Shown: positions 1 through 10,139 of the stretch, piece by piece | Numbering within the stretch: position 1 is the first letter of the stretch | How the letters are laid out: each line of letters begins with the position of its first letter | Assembly: GCF_004010195.1 (NCBI RefSeq) | Contig: NC_057720.1 | Location: 14,706,602-14,730,871, forward strand | Source: Chiloscyllium plagiosum | Taxonomy: Eukaryota | Direction: 5' to 3' | Length of the DNA: 24,270 bases | Notes under the pieces: model-generated | Seen by the model: only the letters and a program-made list of their open reading frames with translations | The model's database searches: none | What the model was told of the DNA's origin: nothing | Program-made: the position numbers and the translations under genes

Positions 1-300
1 CCTGGTGACCCCTAAACTGAATGGGTTGCTCAGCCATTTGAAAGCACAGTTAAAAGGCAACCACATTGTGAATTTAGTATCACATCTAGGCCAGACCAGG
101 TAAGACAACAGAATTCCTTCCTTAAAAGTATGTTAATGAACCATACAGATTTTGACAACTGATGATCAGTTTCTGATCACCATAACCAAAACTAGCTTTA
201 AGTTCCAGATTTATCCAGTGAATTTAAATTTCATCAACTGCCATGAACCCATGCATAGGCTGGATTTCTTAATTATTTATTCACGCCACCATACCACATC
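1..300 (-). mobile_element. Degenerate tRNA-derived SINE, same family as 5650-5940
   Basis: Shares colinear motifs with 5650-5940 (gcacagttaaaaggcaaccacatt / ggcagtgaaagtcaattacatt; tcacatctagg / tcacatgtagg; aaatttca). Confidence 0.6.
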
Positions 301-304
301 TCAC

Positions 305-900
305 GCTGTTGAATAGCTGAATTGATAAACACATGAACCAGTGTGATCAGCTGCACCATTCCAGATTACATCAGATTCTTGGCTTGAACCCTGTAGATGG
401 TTAAGAGATTTTGCTGGATAAGGAGCAATACTTTCACAACCAGAGTTGTGGTGGTTCAGCCAGTTGAGTTGCTAGTCAGAGAAGAGTGAATAGGTTCTCT
501 CTAGTTAAAGATCATTACCGACACTTACAACTTTAAAATTTGTCACTTGTCACACCAAGTTAAATGTTATCCTTGTTCTGCTACAAGCAAGTGTGGGCTT
601 CTTTACGAATGCAGTTGTGAATGAATCTGATATAGAAATCATGAACACCCCCACTCATGACCTTATGATAGAGGGAAAAACATGAACAAACAGGTGAATT
701 TGGTAGTTTGAAAACCCTTCATTGATAGGTTTCAGCTTCGAGCAATCACAAATACCTTCTTTTTTGATAGTTATAGCTCCAGTCACTGGAGTTTCCCCAT
801 TCACTGCCATAATCAGACAATTGCTACCTTGATGTTGAGCACAGTTATACTCGCACCCTGCCTATCATTCAGCTCGTGTCCATGGCTAGGTCAAAGTTAC
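305..900 (-). mobile_element. Highly decayed LINE (CR1/L2 group) RT-region fragment
   Basis: Colinear with 11090-11900 and resembles a common shark LINE as recalled (aacacccccactcatgaccttatgatagaggga; ccttgatgttgagcacagt). No intact ORF. Confidence 0.5.
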
Positions 901-1052
901 TAATTAAAACTAGTAACACCAACTTCAGTTATCAACAGCAATAATTACTAATGACCTGAATAAAAAAACCTTGACAATAACTAAAATTAATTTTATAAGA
1001 TTCAGTTGAAAACAGTGCTATAGGATTTGGTATTAATTGTAGGCCCTCTTAC

Positions 1053-1182
1053 CTTTGAATGTTCGTGGTACACCTTCTTGTCTACAGGCAATGTACAAAC
1101 AGGCAGAAGCAATGGCATCATTACTCCTTCCCTTTAGGCTTTTTTGTTCATACACTTGTTTAAATAAGTTATTCGTTCGATC
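1053..1182 (-). CDS. GTF2B: TFIIB coding exon (exon 5 equivalent), cyclin fold 1
   Basis: Translates to [43 protein letters not shown] plus one base. Acceptor CTAG, donor GTAAGA. 130 bp, separated from exon 4 by a 116-bp intron. Confidence 0.98.
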
Positions 1183-1298
1183 CTAGTAAGTGAAATGAAA
1201 GACAATTTGATTAAATTCAGACCAATTACAAGTTTTATGCTTCCATTACCGATTTAATGAAGCAACACCATGATAAAACAAATATAACATGAACTTAC

Positions 1299-1445
1299 AA
1301 CAATATTTCTGGGGAGATTTATCCTGTCAGACATATTACTGATTTCCTTGAATGCATTCATCATTGCTCGATCAGAACTACTCATAGTCCGACGATTTTG
1401 ATATTTTGCATTTCCAAATTCATCAAAACTTGCTGATCCAGTACC
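1299..1445 (-). CDS. GTF2B: TFIIB coding exon (exon 4 equivalent), linker and start of cyclin fold 1
   Basis: Translates to [49 protein letters not shown] (within ORF 1254..1466). Acceptor TTTACAG, donor GTAAGT. 147 bp. Confidence 0.98.
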
Positions 1446-1923
1446 CTGTAAAGAAATATGAAGCAAATAATGTTGTTGACTGAAACAAACATGCTATCTA
1501 CAGCAATTACAAACTGCAGCACTTTCTTTTAAAAAAACTAAATCCACTACATAAAGCATAAACCATAAACAAAATATGAAATATTGATCTAAGATCTACT
1601 AAAAATGAACTTTACATCAGTTTCCATAATTCACTTCTAAAACACCGTCACAAAAGGTCATTACTCAAATCAAAAGGTAAACTTGTTAGTTTTTACTTTC
1701 ATGTATTAATATACATTCCATTACCTGCTCATTGCTCTTAACTACCAAATCTCCTTTCCTACATTTTAAAACCTGTTGATTCAGGAATATCCTGGATCAC
1801 TGTTCAAACAAAGCAGAGTTTGGACTGTAACAATCCATGTATTAGTTGCTAAAATAAAAAATAGCAAGCAACACATTAATTTTCATTGGACCACAACCTC
1901 TATGGGTATTATTTAGAAACTGG

Positions 1924-2112
1924 AGGAGAAAGTGAGGTCTGCAGATGCTGGAGATCAAAGTTGAAACTTTATTGCTGGAACAGCACAGCAGGTCAGGCAG
2001 CATCCAGGGAACAGGAGGTTTCCTGAAGAAGGGCCTGTGCCCGAAACGTCGAATCTCCTGTTCCCTGGATGCTGCCTGACCTGCTGTGCTGTTCCAGCAA
2101 TAAAGTTTCAAC
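1924..2112. mobile_element. Non-autonomous palindromic Penelope-like element with hammerhead ribozyme
   Basis: Perfect 60-bp inverted arms (1958-2017 / 2055-2114). TSD ttatttagaaactgg at 1909-1923 and 2113-2127. Hammerhead core in the loop. Confidence 0.88.
2020..2053 (+). ncRNA. Minimal type I hammerhead ribozyme
   Basis: TTC-CTGAAGA-A-GGGC-CTGT-GCCC-GAAA-CG-TC-GAA. Core CUGANGA at 2023-2029, stem II GGGC/GCCC, GAAA at 2043-2046, GUC cleavage triplet at 2048-2050, stem I TTC/GAA. Confidence 0.8.
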
Positions 2113-2349
2113 TTATTTAGAAACTGGTCAACCTACATCAGCCAATCCTTACTGTACATCTTTTCTGTACACAAAGATAAACATTTTTAAAAATTTAGGA
2201 AGTCATTCCCCCAACATTCCAAGTGATTTATAATATCAGCACAATTCCATCCAGTTTGTTTAGCTTTCATTTATTTTTCAACCACCCTATCAAGTTAGTT
2301 TTCATAGTCTCCTCCAACACCTCTTATCACAAACAAGTGTTGTCACACA

Positions 2350-3064
2350 AATTTTGCAAGATGTAAGTTGTGGCAGTCTTTAACACAAGTTTGGACAAAT
2401 GAAGTAAATGGACAAATATGCAGATGCAGTACAATGTGGATAAATACTAGGTCACCCACTTAGGTAGCAAAAACAGCCAGTACAGGAGCAGGGGTGCCTT
2501 GCTACAGCTGTATAGGGCATTGGTAGAACACACTTGCAGTAATCTATACAGCTAGCAGAGGAAGAATGTTCTGGCTATTGAACGAGTGCAAAAAAGGTTT
2601 ACGAGATAGATTCCTTGGATGGCAAGACTGATGTACAGAGCTGAGAGTGCGCAGGAAGCTGTACTGGTTAGGACTAAGTTTATTAGAACTTACAAAAATG
2701 AGGGGGGAATCACATACAAATCTTCATGAATTATAATAAGTTTAGACAGAATAGACACGGAGGATGTTCTTGATGGCCAGAAGCCCCAGTTTCAGGATAG
2801 AGGCAGGCCCTTTAAGACAGATAATGACAAGGCATTTCTTCACCTAGAGAGCAGTGGCTTGTGGAACTCTGTCACAAAACTATTGAGGCAAAAACTTTGA
2901 AGACTTTCAAGAAAGTTCTTAGGACTAAAAGGATCAAAAGATATGGGGATAAAATAGGAACAGGGAACCAAGTCGGATGATCAACCACGATCATATTGAA
3001 TGGTGAAGCAGGGTCAAAGGGCTGAATGGCCTATTCCTACTCAGATATTTTGTGTTGCTAATGT
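2350..3064 (+). mobile_element. CR1/HER1-type LINE, decayed 3' portion
   Basis: RT C-terminal remnants (cagatgcagtacaatgtggataaa; gagtgcaaaaaaggtttacgag) and a CR1 3'UTR ending aagggctgaatggcctattcctactc. Confidence 0.8.
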
Positions 3065-3435
3065 AAAATAACAAAACTAAGAGGCGGCGGCCGTATGGAT
3101 TACTGGAAAAATAAAATCACTGGACTTGAAACAGAGGTTTCAATAAAAGGAATTGGTGAGCAATCTGGTAGCAGCCACCATTTCAAACCAGTTAAGTTAA
3201 ACCATTTTATGTCAGACAAAGACAACTAAAGCCTATCAAATTAAAGAATGGAACCTATACATTCAGAAAAGTGAAGCTTAGAAAAGATAAGTCCCAAGGA
3301 ATCTTATATTTCTTTAAATAAAAAAAACTACTTGATTAGCTATCTTGTAACACTAGTTGTTCAATAGGAATTGTTTTCTTATGCAACTGTTTTTAGTTTT
3401 GTACACCTGGTCTTTTGCTTAAGCCACACTCCTAC

Positions 3436-3569
3436 CTTTCCAATCATAGTCGACAAATCACCGCCATTTAGGAGTGGATTCTGGGCATCACCAACTCTAG
3501 ATGGATCTTTTGTTGCTTTGTCATTGCTAAATGTCCGCCACTCTGAGCCGACATCTATAACTCTATCAC
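3436..3569 (-). CDS. GTF2B: TFIIB coding exon (exon 3 equivalent), B-reader/B-linker
   Basis: Translates to (G)[44 protein letters not shown]. Acceptor TTTTTACAG, donor GTAGGA. 134 bp, in phase with its neighbours. Confidence 0.98.
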
Positions 3570-3840
3570 CTGTAAAAAGAGATGGGCATGATGACTAATA
3601 GGGAAATATAACTTTAAAATTACATGAAATAAAACAAACTGTACATTCTAAGAGTCATACTGACAAACTATACAAATTATTTACTCCTTTCCTGAACATA
3701 CATTGTAACAATTTTAACTGAAGCCCTTATTAAAATTATCTAGTGTTAGAGATGAACCTGTGGTTGAGATAGCCTACTTTGCTCTCTAAATACTACCTTT
3801 CTTAGAGCCAAAGTTAGAGCTGTTTTCAGATAAATTTAAA

Positions 3841-3932
3841 CTGGAGCAGGAATAAGCCATATAGGCTTGAATGACAGTACACTGCCATTCAATAAGATTG
3901 TAGCTGATGTTCTACCTCTGTTCCACTTTCCT
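3841..3932 (-). mobile_element. CR1 3'-tail fragment
   Basis: ggagcaggaataagccat...gccattcaataagattgtagctgat is the reverse complement of the tail at 2975-3045. Confidence 0.6.
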
Positions 3933-5334
3933 CAGAGTCCAACCAAAGCTGGATTAGAAGCAAAATAATAATTGAGTCGTCATGTAAGAGCAATTCTGCT
4001 CCCACTTTCAAGTCAAATTCTATCTTTACTTTCACTGAACTTCTGCACTTGACGGATACAGGGGTGAGGGTATCAGGAGGAGATTATTTAAGTATAAATT
4101 GCAGCATAAGAATTGATACTTAAAATATGAAAATGAGGAAAACAGGTTTTATTTCAAGCCAGAAAGTAATAATGAACAGCAAGCAATCATGGGCTTTAGC
4201 TTTTTATCATGTGCAGTCTGTGCATTTTATAAATTTACCTTCACTTTTGATAGGAAGAATCAATTCAGACAGTCGTCATATCATAAATTATTACAACTTG
4301 ATAAATGAATGCATAAACAAAGGTACTTCAAGGGACTTGTAATTTAATCTACTACTTTGTTTGGGCTGACTCCCATTCTTCCTAAGGAGTACTCATCCAA
4401 AATGGAGACATTCACATTGTTTGTTGTATCTATTAACTTGTTAATAGCATCTCAATTGTTCAGCTTACTTTGGTAAAATAGCTGTACCAGGCCAGATCTG
4501 ATGTAGGCCAAATTGCAGACCACTTACTAATATTACACACAGGTGGGAAACTGGATTAGATTGAACAATTCCAATGTAAGGCTGAGTACTGGCACAGACA
4601 TGGGTAAAATAGTCTCATTCACTGCCAGGATATCAATACTTCTACAAAAATAGTACAGATTGTGTCAGAATCACACCAAGAAAGATCCAAATCATTTTTG
4701 ATCTCTCCTGCCAGTGAGAAAAATGTTCCTTGTAATTTGCTATCCAGTCATGAGGTGGCAAGAAACTCAGACAAACAACTTGAACAGAAGAGATACAACT
4801 AAAGGGGAACACGACTACAAGTACACTTGGCCAATTACATTCACACAAATGTTACCAAACACACTATGCAGTGGAGAATTTGCAAATTAAGAATCATAGT
4901 AACCAGTTAATTACGCAAGAATTGAATTCCAATGTAATTTGGATTTATCCCACTGCAAACAAAATCTTAAAATCTCTAATGTGGCAGGGCCATCACAGGC
5001 AGGCCAGCATTTGTTCTCCATCACCATAGTCATTAATGCCTTCAACAGCTTTCCCTCTACCCGCCTGGTAATTTCAACATCAACTTGAGATAAAAAGCAA
5101 GCCAAGATTTTTGTAGTGCTAGTACAACACATTCATTTGGAACACTTCCAAAAAAATGATTTTAGATTCAGGATAAACAAAATCAAAAAAGCAACAAGGG
5201 AAAAGATTTTTAAAAATGTAGATAAAAACAAGAGTTTTGACTAAAACATGCTTGAAAAAAAAAATCAAACCATACACAGCAAAAAGCAACCACCGAAAAT
5301 ATAGCATAAGTTAAAGCTTTTCATTTAGCAATCA

Positions 5335-5565
5335 GACATAGGATGCAAGTGAAAGGCAGGAGGTTTGTGGGAATTTAAGAAAACCCTTTTCACCCAGAGG
5401 GAGGGAAGGTATCTGGGAAGGGTAGTTGTAGGCAGAAAACCTTGCAAATTTTAAACATTTATTGAACAAGCAACCAAACTATCACAACTTTCAAGGCTAT
5501 GGGTATAGTGGGTAGTAATATATTTTTGGCAGTACATAGAACCAAAGGGCTCTGCCTAATGATTC
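5335..5565 (+). mobile_element. CR1 3' fragment
   Basis: ttttcacccagagggaggg and tcaaggctatgggt are colinear with the CR1 3' end at 17290-17500. Confidence 0.6.
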
Positions 5566-5649
5566 AAGGACATCTAAGAGCACTGAACATAATTTAAAAA
5601 AAAACAGTCCAATAAGGAAGTGCTCTTATGCAATTTGTTTTCTTTTAGC

Positions 5650-5940
5650 TATCAGTATTTATTGCCCATCCCTCAATGCCCTTGAACTGAGCTGCTTGCC
5701 AGAGCTCTTTTAGGGGCAGTGAAAGTCAATTACATTTCTGTGGGTTGAAGTCACATGTAGGTAAGGTCAGAAGATTTATTTCACTATTTATGACAATAGT
5801 TATATGGTTGCCATTAGAATTTTCTTAAATTGAAATTTCACAAGCTAGCACTGCGAGATTTAAACTCTCATCACCAGGAGAGCAGACCAGGACTCTGGAT
5901 TATTAGTTCACTGAAATTACTACTGTGCTACCATCTACCC
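5650..5940 (-). mobile_element. tRNA-derived SINE with LINE-like 3' tail
   Basis: Minus strand starts GGGTAGATGGTAGCACAGTAG (A-box-like) and contains GAGTTTAAATCTC (B-box-like). The tail cagtatttattgcccatccct resembles sequence near 5002 and 24015. Confidence 0.65.
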
Positions 5941-6126
5941 ATCAATGCAGTGCCAAAAAGCTAGCATTTAAACCTTTTAATCTGAAGCTGTAAAATTGAT
6001 ATGTTTGTCTATATTGATAAACTACAAAAGATATGAACAGCCTAAAATTATAAAATATGCCTAAATCAAATCTTCTGATTATTCTTTGCAACTAATATAA
6101 TCGTTATCACCACCCATTAAACTTAA

Positions 6127-7314
6127 GGGCCACAGGGTGGCTCAGTAAGTAGCATTGCTGCACCTCAGCGCCAGGAACCAAGGTTCAATTCTAACCTCAG
6201 GTGTCCGTCGGTTCCGCCGGGTGCTCCGGTCCCCCCCCCCCCCCCAAATAGTCCAAAGATGTGCAGATTAGGTGGAGTGGCTGTGCTAAATTTCCCATAA
6301 TGTCTGGGCATGTGTAGGCTAGGTGGATTAGCCATTATAATTCTGAGTTTGTGGAGTTTTGGGGGCATGTAATGCCATTTACAAGTTCGCTGATGACACC
6401 ACTATAGTCGGTCGAATCTCAGATGGCGACGAAAGACTACAGACAGGAGGTTGGAAAACCTGGAAAAATGGTGCATGAGAACAACCTAGCTCTCAATGCC
6501 AGCAAAACCAAGAAACTCATTACTGACTTTCGGCAGTTTGTTACTCATGCCCCCCTACACATTAACAGCACAGAGGTGGAACGAGTGGAGAGTGTCAAGC
6601 TCCTGCAAGTGGTCATCCACAACAATCTTTCTTGGACTGTTCATGTGGACACACTGGTTGCAAAGGCCGAACAACGTCTCTTCTTCCTCAAGCAGCTAAG
6701 GAAATTTGGCATGACGGCAAATATCCTTGCCAACATTGCAGTGTGCCATCAAGAGCATTCTGTCTGGATGTATCACTACTTTGTATGCCAACTGTACCAT
6801 TCAAGATCGGAGATGGTTACAGAGAGTAGTGAACTCGGTCCAGACAATCACAAAGGCTAACCTCCCATCTACAGAATCCATCTATCAGGCCCGCTGTCAA
6901 GGAACGGCCGCCAGCATTCTGAAAGATCCATCCCACCCTGGCAATGCTTTTCTACAACCTCTACCATCGGGAGAAGGTACAGAAGCGTGAACACACGCAC
7001 CAGCCGGTTTCGAAACAATTTCTACCCTATTGTTAGAATACTGAATGGACTCATACTCTTAACATTCGACTGTACCTGTGTTTTTGTTTTTGCCGCTGTT
7101 TACCTATTATTTACTTATCTATGCTACTTAACTCTGATCTGCCTGTACTGCTCGCAAGACAAAGCTTTTCACTGTGCCTCAGTACATGTGACAATAAATT
7201 CAGTTCAATTCAATTCAATGTCACAGGGAGGGGGTCTGACTGTGATGCTCCTTGGAAGATTGGTGTAGATTTGATGGGCCAAATGGCCTCCATTTGCACT
7301 GTAGGGATTCTATG
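6127..7314 (+). mobile_element. HE1-type V-SINE split by a Rex1/Babar insertion (SINE parts 6127-6369 and 7222-7314)
   Basis: A box ggtggctcagtaag, B box ggttcaattc, V-domain ccgggtgctccggt...gtccaaagatgtgcagattaggt. A CR1-like tail (gatgggccaaatggcctc...gtagggattctatg) resumes after the LINE. Confidence 0.82.
6370..7218 (+). mobile_element. 5'-truncated Rex1/Babar LINE (RT C-terminus and 3'UTR)
   Basis: Frameshifted peptides AIYKFADDTTIVGRISDGD, NNLALNASKTKKLITDFR, KAEQRLFFLKQLRKFG and ILKDPSHPG. AATAAA followed by a (TTCAA)n tail. Closely similar copy at 21588-22365. Confidence 0.88.
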
Positions 7315-7780
7315 CAGGGTTCTGGATGTGGACAGTTTTGAAGATGAAAAAGGTGAGGTTCAAAGAAAGAACACCACCAAAATAGTCGACTCGTAGGTGT
7401 CAAAAGCCAAATAAGAGTTGAGGTTGAATGGCAATCAGCTTGTCTTAGGGTCAAAACGACAGGTTTCCATAGTCTAGTTCAGTCACAAACAATGGCTGGA
7501 GAGAGGTGGAGTCAGTGGCTTGGTAATACAGTTTGTGGTGAGAGCTGAAGCCAGTTGCTTCGGCCCTGCCAAATTTTTAGTTAAAAAATCTCTGCAGGGT
7601 AATCAAATGAAGAGATGACAATAAGGCAGAACTGATTGCTGTCAGTTTACATGTGGAATCTGATGTTGGGTGTTTGGACGAAGCTACTGAGAAATGAGAA
7701 ATAAGGATAAATATATCAGGAAGGGTGTGGGTAACAGCACAGAAGAGAAGAAATGGCAATTAATTTATCTTGAAAGGAGG
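7315..7780 (-). mobile_element. Decayed L2-clade LINE RT fragment
   Basis: gctgtcagtttacatgtggaa is the reverse complement of a decayed FHMYADD motif. The surrounding sequence resembles shark L2 as recalled. Confidence 0.55.
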
Positions 7781-8406
7781 GGAATGATATTCATTCTACC
7801 AAGACTGTGCAAACAGTCAATATTGAAAGAAAACAGTAGCTCATGTGTGATATTAAATTTGCTAGACTTACACTGCACATGTTTAGATTTATACTTATGT
7901 AAAACAGCAAGCTATATGTGCAAAAAGTCTTATTGACCTTAAAACTTTTAAATCAATTTCTCAAATGAAGCATGAGCATTGTATGAAAATTGTGACAAAG
8001 AAACACCAGGTATGTCGAGGAAATAACATCCTTCTAAAATTTGGTAAACAAATACATCTTTGGACCACTAGCAGCAATAATTCCTAGATAATTCCAAGAC
8101 TAAACAGTTCAGGGCAGAAACTTGGCTGCTGGTCAACAAATGATGTGTAGCTTAGACACCACACATCCTAGTCTGCATGTATAAATAGCAACATACCAGG
8201 GCGATTGACAATGAACAACTCAACAGTGCATGAAAAAGAAAGGAACTGTTTGTTACTTTAGAGAAGTTCTTATTTTCATCAAACAGCCTCAATTTCAAAT
8301 AGCAATCAATGCATTGTGATACAAAACAGAAACGAACACATACATACAGATAAATTTTATGTAATACACAGATGAATGTAAGTAACAGAAATATTTCTGT
8401 ATTTAC

Positions 8407-8513
8407 CTACTACCAGCCCACATTCAGGGCAGATCATATCACCAGCACGGTAATCTTCCACCAATATGGCATCTGGATGGTTTGGACATTGTACTCTGGG
8501 CAATGGATCCCCA
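8407..8513 (-). CDS. GTF2B: TFIIB coding exon (human exon 2 equivalent), zinc ribbon
   Basis: Translates to [35 protein letters not shown](G), with the CxxH...CxxC zinc ribbon. Acceptor TTTTTTTCTTTGTTTTAG (AG at 8515-8514), donor GTAAAT (GT at 8406-8405). 107 bp. Confidence 0.97.
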
Positions 8514-8569
8514 CTAAAACAAAGAAAAAAATCCAAGACTTAATAAAGAACTTAAATAATTACCTACCT

Positions 8570-8866
8570 TTAGATTTTAGATTAGATTCCCTACAGTGTG
8601 GAAACAGGCCCTTCGGCCCAACAAGTCCACACCAACATCCATGACTGATGCACCTAACATACACATCCCCGAACACTATAGGCAATTTAGCATGACCAAT
8701 TCACCTTACCTGCACATCATTGGGACTGTGGAAGGGATCAGGAGCACCAGGAGGAAACCCACGCACACATGGGGAGAATGTGCAAACTCCACACAGTCAC
8801 CCAAAGCTGGAATCAAACCCGGGTCCCTAGCAGTAGGAGGCAGCAGTGATAACCAGTGAGTTCACT
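8570..8866 (-). mobile_element. HE1-type V-SINE
   Basis: Reverse complement has B box GGTTTGATTCC, V-domain GTGTGGAGTTTGCACATTCTCCCC and tail GTTGGGCCGAAGGGCCTGTTTCCACACTGTAGGGAATCTAATCT. Confidence 0.9.
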
Positions 8867-8959
8867 CAGGCCCAAGCTTGCTGCCCTCTTCTAGTATCAC
8901 AAAGCTGTTGATTTTATCTCAAACATTTCCCAAGAACCCAATGGATCCCTGCACACTTC

Positions 8960-9197
8960 CAAATCTAAGCTCTTAAGTTGTCAATGATCCACGTTCCAAT
9001 GAGTCATGCCTTTATTAGCCTAGCCCAAATCCCAATTCTAATGTTCCCTGCCTTAACCTCTCCTCTAAGAAGTTGCTTTAAATCTACCTCAGAGGAAAGT
9101 ATTGGTCCCTTAATTACTGCGTTTGATAATGCTCCTGGAAATCACTGACAGGTTTAACTATGTTAAAGGCACTACAGAATACAAAGATCTGTATTGT
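8960..9197 (+). mobile_element. L2 LINE 3' end
   Basis: tttaaatctacctc...gtttgataatgctcctg...actatgttaaaggcactacagaatacaa matches the L2 3' terminus pattern. Confidence 0.6.
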
Positions 9198-9779
9198 AAT
9201 AATATTTAATAATAAAACATGCTAATGAGCCATCATAAAAATAGGTTATGAATTTTCAGAAGAAAAGACAAAGTTTAAAGAGGTACATCTAAAATGGCAA
9301 GGGGACTGGACAAAACTGCTCCTTTAATGCCCAGCAGTTTCAAAAATGAAAGACACCCCTGAACAATTCACTTTGTTAATCCACAGTCGGTCACATTTGA
9401 TTGGCTTGCAGGTGGTATGCTACAATTATATTCTCACGTTGTATATTTTTAAGTCAATGCCAATATGTCAAAATCCTGGCTTGTTGAAAACACAAGTATT
9501 ACTTCAATTTTTAAAATAAGTAAACTAAATCTAATGATTAAATCTGATTTAGAAAACAAAAGCACACATTCTTACCTTCAGTCATGTAAATAGCATACCC
9601 AATGATTGTCAAAATATGCTTTGATCATACAAAGATACAACCACTTAAAATGAGTACTGTTTGTCAATAACATTTTCACCTCATGTGATGACACTTCCAA
9701 TACAGTACACCATACCTCTTCAGAGCTAATTGAATCCTCTATCAATACTGTGATCACTATTCCTCATCAAGCCCCTTCT

Positions 9780-10130
9780 ATGTCATCCGAATACCCCTAT
9801 AACCAAGAATGTGTCCTCTTCTTCAATTCACTTTGAAGTAACAGTCAACTCAAATGTGCCTAAGATCATGCTTCAGAAACCATCCCATCTGAATGAAAAG
9901 CCCTAAGTTCTTTTGATTTTTATGACTCTGATCTTTACATGTCTGGAATTAATCTCATGGCCTTTTTGTGCTTTGCTTCCAGCAAGGAAAGGTGGATGCA
10001 TGATTTGAGAAGTGGTCATACAAGAAAATCATGAGACTTGGTTTCAACCTTCTGCCTTGTATTCGACTGTTCTAACTTTGCAATTCAACAATTGATGAAC
10101 ATCTGGTTTAAGGCCTCTGTATTAATGTTG
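9780..10130 (-). mobile_element. Very decayed CR1-like fragment
   Basis: tgaaaagccctaagttc...aatctcatggcctttttgtgctttgcttccag resembles the reverse complement of the CR1 LEAVQRRATRLI...LGLFS region. Confidence 0.4.
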
Positions 10131-10139
10131 CTCACTTTG

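Noticed and set aside
1..1052. GTF2B exon 6
   Set aside because: No EICAVSRISKKEIGRCF-like coding sequence was found; the region is SINE/LINE remnant.
1254..1466. 70-aa ORF as a standalone gene
   Set aside because: It is exon 4 plus intronic read-through on both sides (MLHISLQ and VSSCY...).
1924..2112. DNA-transposon MITE or pre-miRNA
   Set aside because: The 15-bp TSD, one-sided 36-nt extension and hammerhead loop fit a Penelope-derived retroelement. The inverted repeat is not terminal on the left.
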